From a bacterium (GTDB lineage: Bacteria; SZUA-182; DTGQ01), in contig JBFMGO010000079.1 in NCBI GenBank assembly GCA_040752695.1, positions 1 to 29,441 of the forward strand: 29,441 bases of DNA. Direction: 5' to 3'. Shown piece by piece: positions 26,096 through 29,441 of this stretch (the stretch's first letter is position 1; every line of letters starts with the position of its first letter). The notes under the pieces were generated by a model. It searched no databases. It saw only the letters and a program-made list of their open reading frames with translations, and was not told the origin of the DNA. The translations under genes were made by a program, and so were the position numbers.

Positions 26096-26204
26096 GAATT
26101 ATGAGATGCCGCTTTTGGAAAAGGAAGCTTTCCCGCCTTTTTCCCTGTTCTTTCCCTCTCTGCGCGAATATACCGTGTCTTAGTTTTCCTGTTTTTCCTT
26201 AAAT

Positions 26205-26265
26205 GTAATTTTGAGTTATTACAAGTTATTTATTACTTGACTAAAAAAGAACAATACGTAATACT
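26205..26265 (+). promoter_or_regulatory. Three 10-bp-phased GTWATT direct repeats abutting a sigma70-like promoter
   Basis: GTAATT at 26205, GTTATT at 26215, GTTATT at 26225; TTGACT at 26237-26242, N17, AATACT at 26260-26265. Confidence 0.5.
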
Positions 26266-26396
26266 ATTTGATAAAAGATACCTCTCTCCTTTATCTTGCA
26301 GATATCTTGAAGATCTCCCATTGAGAGACCCGGTTGTTCGTTCATACATTTTCTGATCAGCGTCTGTCTCATCTGATTAAGGATAGGGAGTTTTTT

Positions 26397-26468
26397 ATGG
26401 GAAAGATTCAAAGCCCCTCCAAAAGGAGTTTACGTTTATGCCTGGGAGCCACGGCTCTGATTCTTTGA
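26397..26468 (+). pseudogene. Short ORF resembling a truncated signal peptide (MGKIQSPSKRSLRLCLGATALIL*)
   Basis: RBS AGGGAG 6 nt upstream; basic n-region followed by a hydrophobic stretch cut by TGA. Confidence 0.3.
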
Positions 26469-26589
26469 TGTAACCATGTATGTCATATCATACGTATGTC
26501 ATATCACAAAGGACACGGCCTGCACCCGTCCTGGATGCGGGCTCAAGAGATAGAACAGAAATATACGGGGAATCGGTAACAAACCAGGA

Positions 26590-26697
26590 TTTGGGAATAT
26601 ATCAGGAATTAGGAATATACCAGGAACAGGAATTAGGAATATAGCAGGAACAGGAACATAACCGGAATTAAGGAATTAGAAATCAGGAATTAAGAAT
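26590..26697 (+). repeat. GGAATT/AGGAATATA degenerate tandem repeats upstream of tupA
   Basis: CAGGAATTAGGAATATA recurs together with CAGGAACAGGAA units. Confidence 0.65.
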
Positions 26698-26716
26698 GAA
26701 GAAAGGAGTCGTTAAG

Positions 26717-27547
26717 ATGAAAGGAATGAAGAAGTTTGTTTCTCTGGCCCTCGTCATGATTTTCACTTTTGGGATTTTCTCTTTTGTTCAGGCACAGGAG
26801 CAGCAGCGACTGAAGATTTCCAGTACCACCAGCACGGATAATACCGGCCTGTTCGGAGCCCTCAACCCTCCTTTTGAAAAAATGTTCAACTGTCGCGTGG
26901 ATGTTATCGCGGAGGGGACAGGAAAGGCTCTCAAGACAGGAGAGATGGGTGACAGTGACGTGGTATTCGTTCACGCCCGCCAGGCTGAGGATAAATTTAT
27001 GGAAGCTGGATTCGGGGTCAATCGCAGAGATGTAATGTACAATGATTTTGTCATCGTCGGCCCCAAGAGTGATCCGGCAGGAATCAGGGGCTCCAGTGAC
27101 GCAAGCCAGGCTCTGGCCAAGATCGCCAAGGCTCAGGCCTTTTTTGTCTCACGGGGAGACGATTCGGGCACCCATAAAAAGGAGAAGGAGATCTGGGCAA
27201 AGGCTAACCTCACTCCTCACGGTCAGTGGTATGCCGAGGCGGGGCAGGGCATGGGTGCAGTCCTTCAGATGGCCCATGAGAAAAACGGCTATACCCTGTC
27301 GGACCGGGGTACCTACCTGGCCTATAAAAGCAAGGTCGACCTTGAAATTTTAAGTGAAGGGGACCCTGTCCTGTTCAATTCCTATGGAATCATGGCTGTG
27401 AATCCGGCCAGATATCCCAAGGGGAACTATATCCTGGCCATGGCCTATATCGGGTGGGTGACTTCTCCTGCAGGGCAAAAAATTATCAGGGAGTTCGGGA
27501 AGGATAAATTTGGCCAGCCCCTCTTTATCCCTCTGGCTATCCCCTGA
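26717..27547 (+). CDS. tupA: Tungstate ABC transporter substrate-binding protein TupA
   Basis: Signal peptide, STTTSTDNTGL (TTTS motif), GTGKAL, DVVFVHA, VMYNDFVIVGP, SRGDDSGTH, GQGMG, YTLSDRGT. Start at 26717 or 26726 after AAGGAG. Confidence 0.9.
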   Translation: MKGMKKFVSLALVMIFTFGIFSFVQAQEQQRLKISSTTSTDNTGLFGALNPPFEKMFNCRVDVIAEGTGKALKTGEMGDSDVVFVHARQAEDKFMEAGFGVNRRDVMYNDFVIVGPKSDPAGIRGSSDASQALAKIAKAQAFFVSRGDDSGTHKKEKEIWAKANLTPHGQWYAEAGQGMGAVLQMAHEKNGYTLSDRGTYLAYKSKVDLEILSEGDPVLFNSYGIMAVNPARYPKGNYILAMAYIGWVTSPAGQKIIREFGKDKFGQPLFIPLAIP

Positions 27548-27812
27548 TCATGTCTTGATTATGTTCTGATTATGTCCTGATAATATACCTCAATGACTGA
27601 ACCCAATGGGCTGAGCCCTGCTATCTATTATTCATTTTAGGGGCGACTTGTTCAGGGCAATGTCATGAGCATTAAACAATGAGCCGCGAAAATCCCCCCT
27701 TGCCCCTATTATGAAAAAGGATTCAAGGGGGGATTTTCCCTTACTCTCTGCTCGATGGTTAATGTACCATGCTTTTAACCTGAATCAAGAGTGAGCGAGT
27801 GATGTTTTGGCT

Positions 27813-28751
27813 TTAGACACCACTCAGTTGAAAGCACACAAGATCTTGAACGACTTGTTGAACATTAGGATCCTTTTTCAACCGAGCATAGGCTTCGGCT
27901 AATCTCTGAGCTTCCGAAGCCGTTCTTTCAACACCGCGCAGAATCGCATCGAATATATCTTTGACTTTAGGCTTATGAGCATGAATTATTGCGACCTCCC
28001 GGGCATTTCTTGCAATATCGGGAGGAACATCAGCCTGCCAGGGATCTGTGCGCCGCGATTGACCGATCCATTTACCATCAACGCCAAAAGACAGAGGATC
28101 TGAAATCCAGCCGGATCCGTCTGACGTAAAAATGACAATTTGAACAGAACCAGTACAACCTATCCCTAATACATTTGTCCAGGATTGCGTAATACATGTC
28201 AATTTACCCGACTTAGCGAGCGTGATCTCTGTGGTCATACTCATATTTGTACCAGGAACTAAGTCATGACGCTTCGCTTTCAAGGGGAAGGACGAACCTC
28301 CTGAACCTCCTTCATTATGTTGACACTGCGCAATCTTATTCTTAAACTCTGCACTTTCAAGAAATCCATTTAATACTGACTCTCTACTATTGTTGTTATT
28401 CAACGAGTTTACCCATCCCTTAAATCCTTCTGGATCGGGTTCTCTTCCAAGTACACCATGATAAAGATCCCGTACAAAATCTTCATTACTGCGCTGCCTG
28501 TTCATATATTCTGGAGATAAGAAAAAACTTTTAATTATAAAAGGTTTACTCTTTGGATCAGCATTTAATACACTAACCCAATTCCGAAGGCCTTCTTCAT
28601 CAGGTGAACGTCCTAAGATGCTTCCATAAAGAGAATCGATAAATTGCTCATTGCTGCCGCATATATTTGTATACGATTGAGAAAATGCTAAGCTAATAAA
28701 AAAAAGCATAGAAAAATTGAGAAATGCTAATAGAAGTTGTATGACTCTCAT
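27813..28751 (-). CDS. Secreted protein with two DUF4214-like repeats and an unassigned C-terminal domain
   Basis: Signal peptide ending AFS; NEQFIDSLYGSILGRSPDEEGLRNW...FFLSPEY and NEDFVRDLYHGVLGREPDPEGFKGW...FLESAEF; GGSGGS linker. Confidence 0.8.
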   Translation of the reverse strand: MRVIQLLLAFLNFSMLFFISLAFSQSYTNICGSNEQFIDSLYGSILGRSPDEEGLRNWVSVLNADPKSKPFIIKSFFLSPEYMNRQRSNEDFVRDLYHGVLGREPDPEGFKGWVNSLNNNNSRESVLNGFLESAEFKNKIAQCQHNEGGSGGSSFPLKAKRHDLVPGTNMSMTTEITLAKSGKLTCITQSWTNVLGIGCTGSVQIVIFTSDGSGWISDPLSFGVDGKWIGQSRRTDPWQADVPPDIARNAREVAIIHAHKPKVKDIFDAILRGVERTASEAQRLAEAYARLKKDPNVQQVVQDLVCFQLSGV

Positions 28752-29261
28752 AGGTTTCCCCCAGATTTAGTTTAACTTTCCATGCCAATGTCTAATAAAC
28801 AGCCACAGCCCGCCACGGGGACCATGCTTGCCTAACAACCAACCCTTCCCTGCGTCGGCTTGAGTAGCTAGCTTATCATGCTCGACGTTGCTCATCATCG
28901 TCTGCCAGAAAGCGGGATGAGGACTTTACAGAGCTCTCAGCGGTGCGAATGCATGAAAAAGAATCCTCGCACTGTGAGGTCTGAAATCTACTGCTTTCAC
29001 TCAATAGCCTGGACCAGCCAGGCGCTCTTTATTCAAATCATGGCCTGTAGTAGCGCGAATGGATCGTCGGGCCCAAACGACCAAGCTCAGAGAGTTGTGT
29101 CCAAACGCTCAGCGTGCTTTTTCGCCGAGCATTGGATATCAACTGATGCGTTTTGATGATGTGACAACCATGTAGAATAAAGTATCAGAGCATGCTCCTA
29201 TTTGAAAGTCTCATCGTATTAATAAAATGATAGTTAAATCAAGATGTTGAAGAAATCTGAA

Positions 29262-29310
29262 AATGAATGAATAAATGAATGAATGAATGAATAAATGAAT
29301 GAATGAATAA
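29262..29310. repeat. (AATG)n-based microsatellite
   Basis: AATGAATGAATAAATGAATGAATGAATGAATAAATGAATGAATGAATAA. Confidence 0.8.
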
Positions 29311-29441
29311 AAACGTAGAATATATATTCATGTTCTCCTTATCGCATAATCAGTTACAAATCTTCGTAGTATCCACAATACCAAATGTCAAGTTACTGAC
29401 ATGAGAAGATCGTCTGTACTCGGATTTTTTTCTAAAAGATT

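Noticed and set aside
26280..26580. Moco/Tuco riboswitch upstream of tupA
   Set aside because: Only loose fragments resemble the motif and I could not build the conserved helices. An Infernal search with the Rfam Moco model would decide.
28770..28790. Sigma54 promoter upstream of the DUF4214 gene (TGGCAT on the minus strand)
   Set aside because: The -12 TTGC element is missing.
28878..29156. 92-aa plus-strand ORF
   Set aside because: No RBS or recognisable motif; probably spurious or decayed DNA.

Overview
Bacterial genomic window with no rRNA, tRNA, CRISPR array or intact transposase. The first 11.4 kb is a tandem array of seven paralogous secreted proteins of about 450-540 aa. Their repeats indicate a seven-bladed Asp-box/BNR-like beta-propeller with an invariant Arg/Trp/Glu core and hypervariable loops. 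They fall into three apparent transcription units (genes 1-2, 3-4, 5-7), each preceded by the same exact 16-bp motif TAATGTACGAAAAGAG. Downstream are: an FTP/PepSY propeptide-like protein with no protease domain, a MoaE-like protein, a response regulator, a sulfatase-fold/TPR protein with a TLPSH motif and low-complexity inserts, a YtfI/YtfJ(GerW)-like pair, a flavodiiron protein (FprA), a PQQ-like propeller, an excisionase-HTH/PBP regulator, an isolated tupA and a DUF4214 protein. Intergenic DNA holds two pairs of MITE-like elements (one pair with perfect 8-bp target duplications), REP-like palindromes and many short tandem duplications. All family assignments come from motifs recognised by eye; no searches were run.
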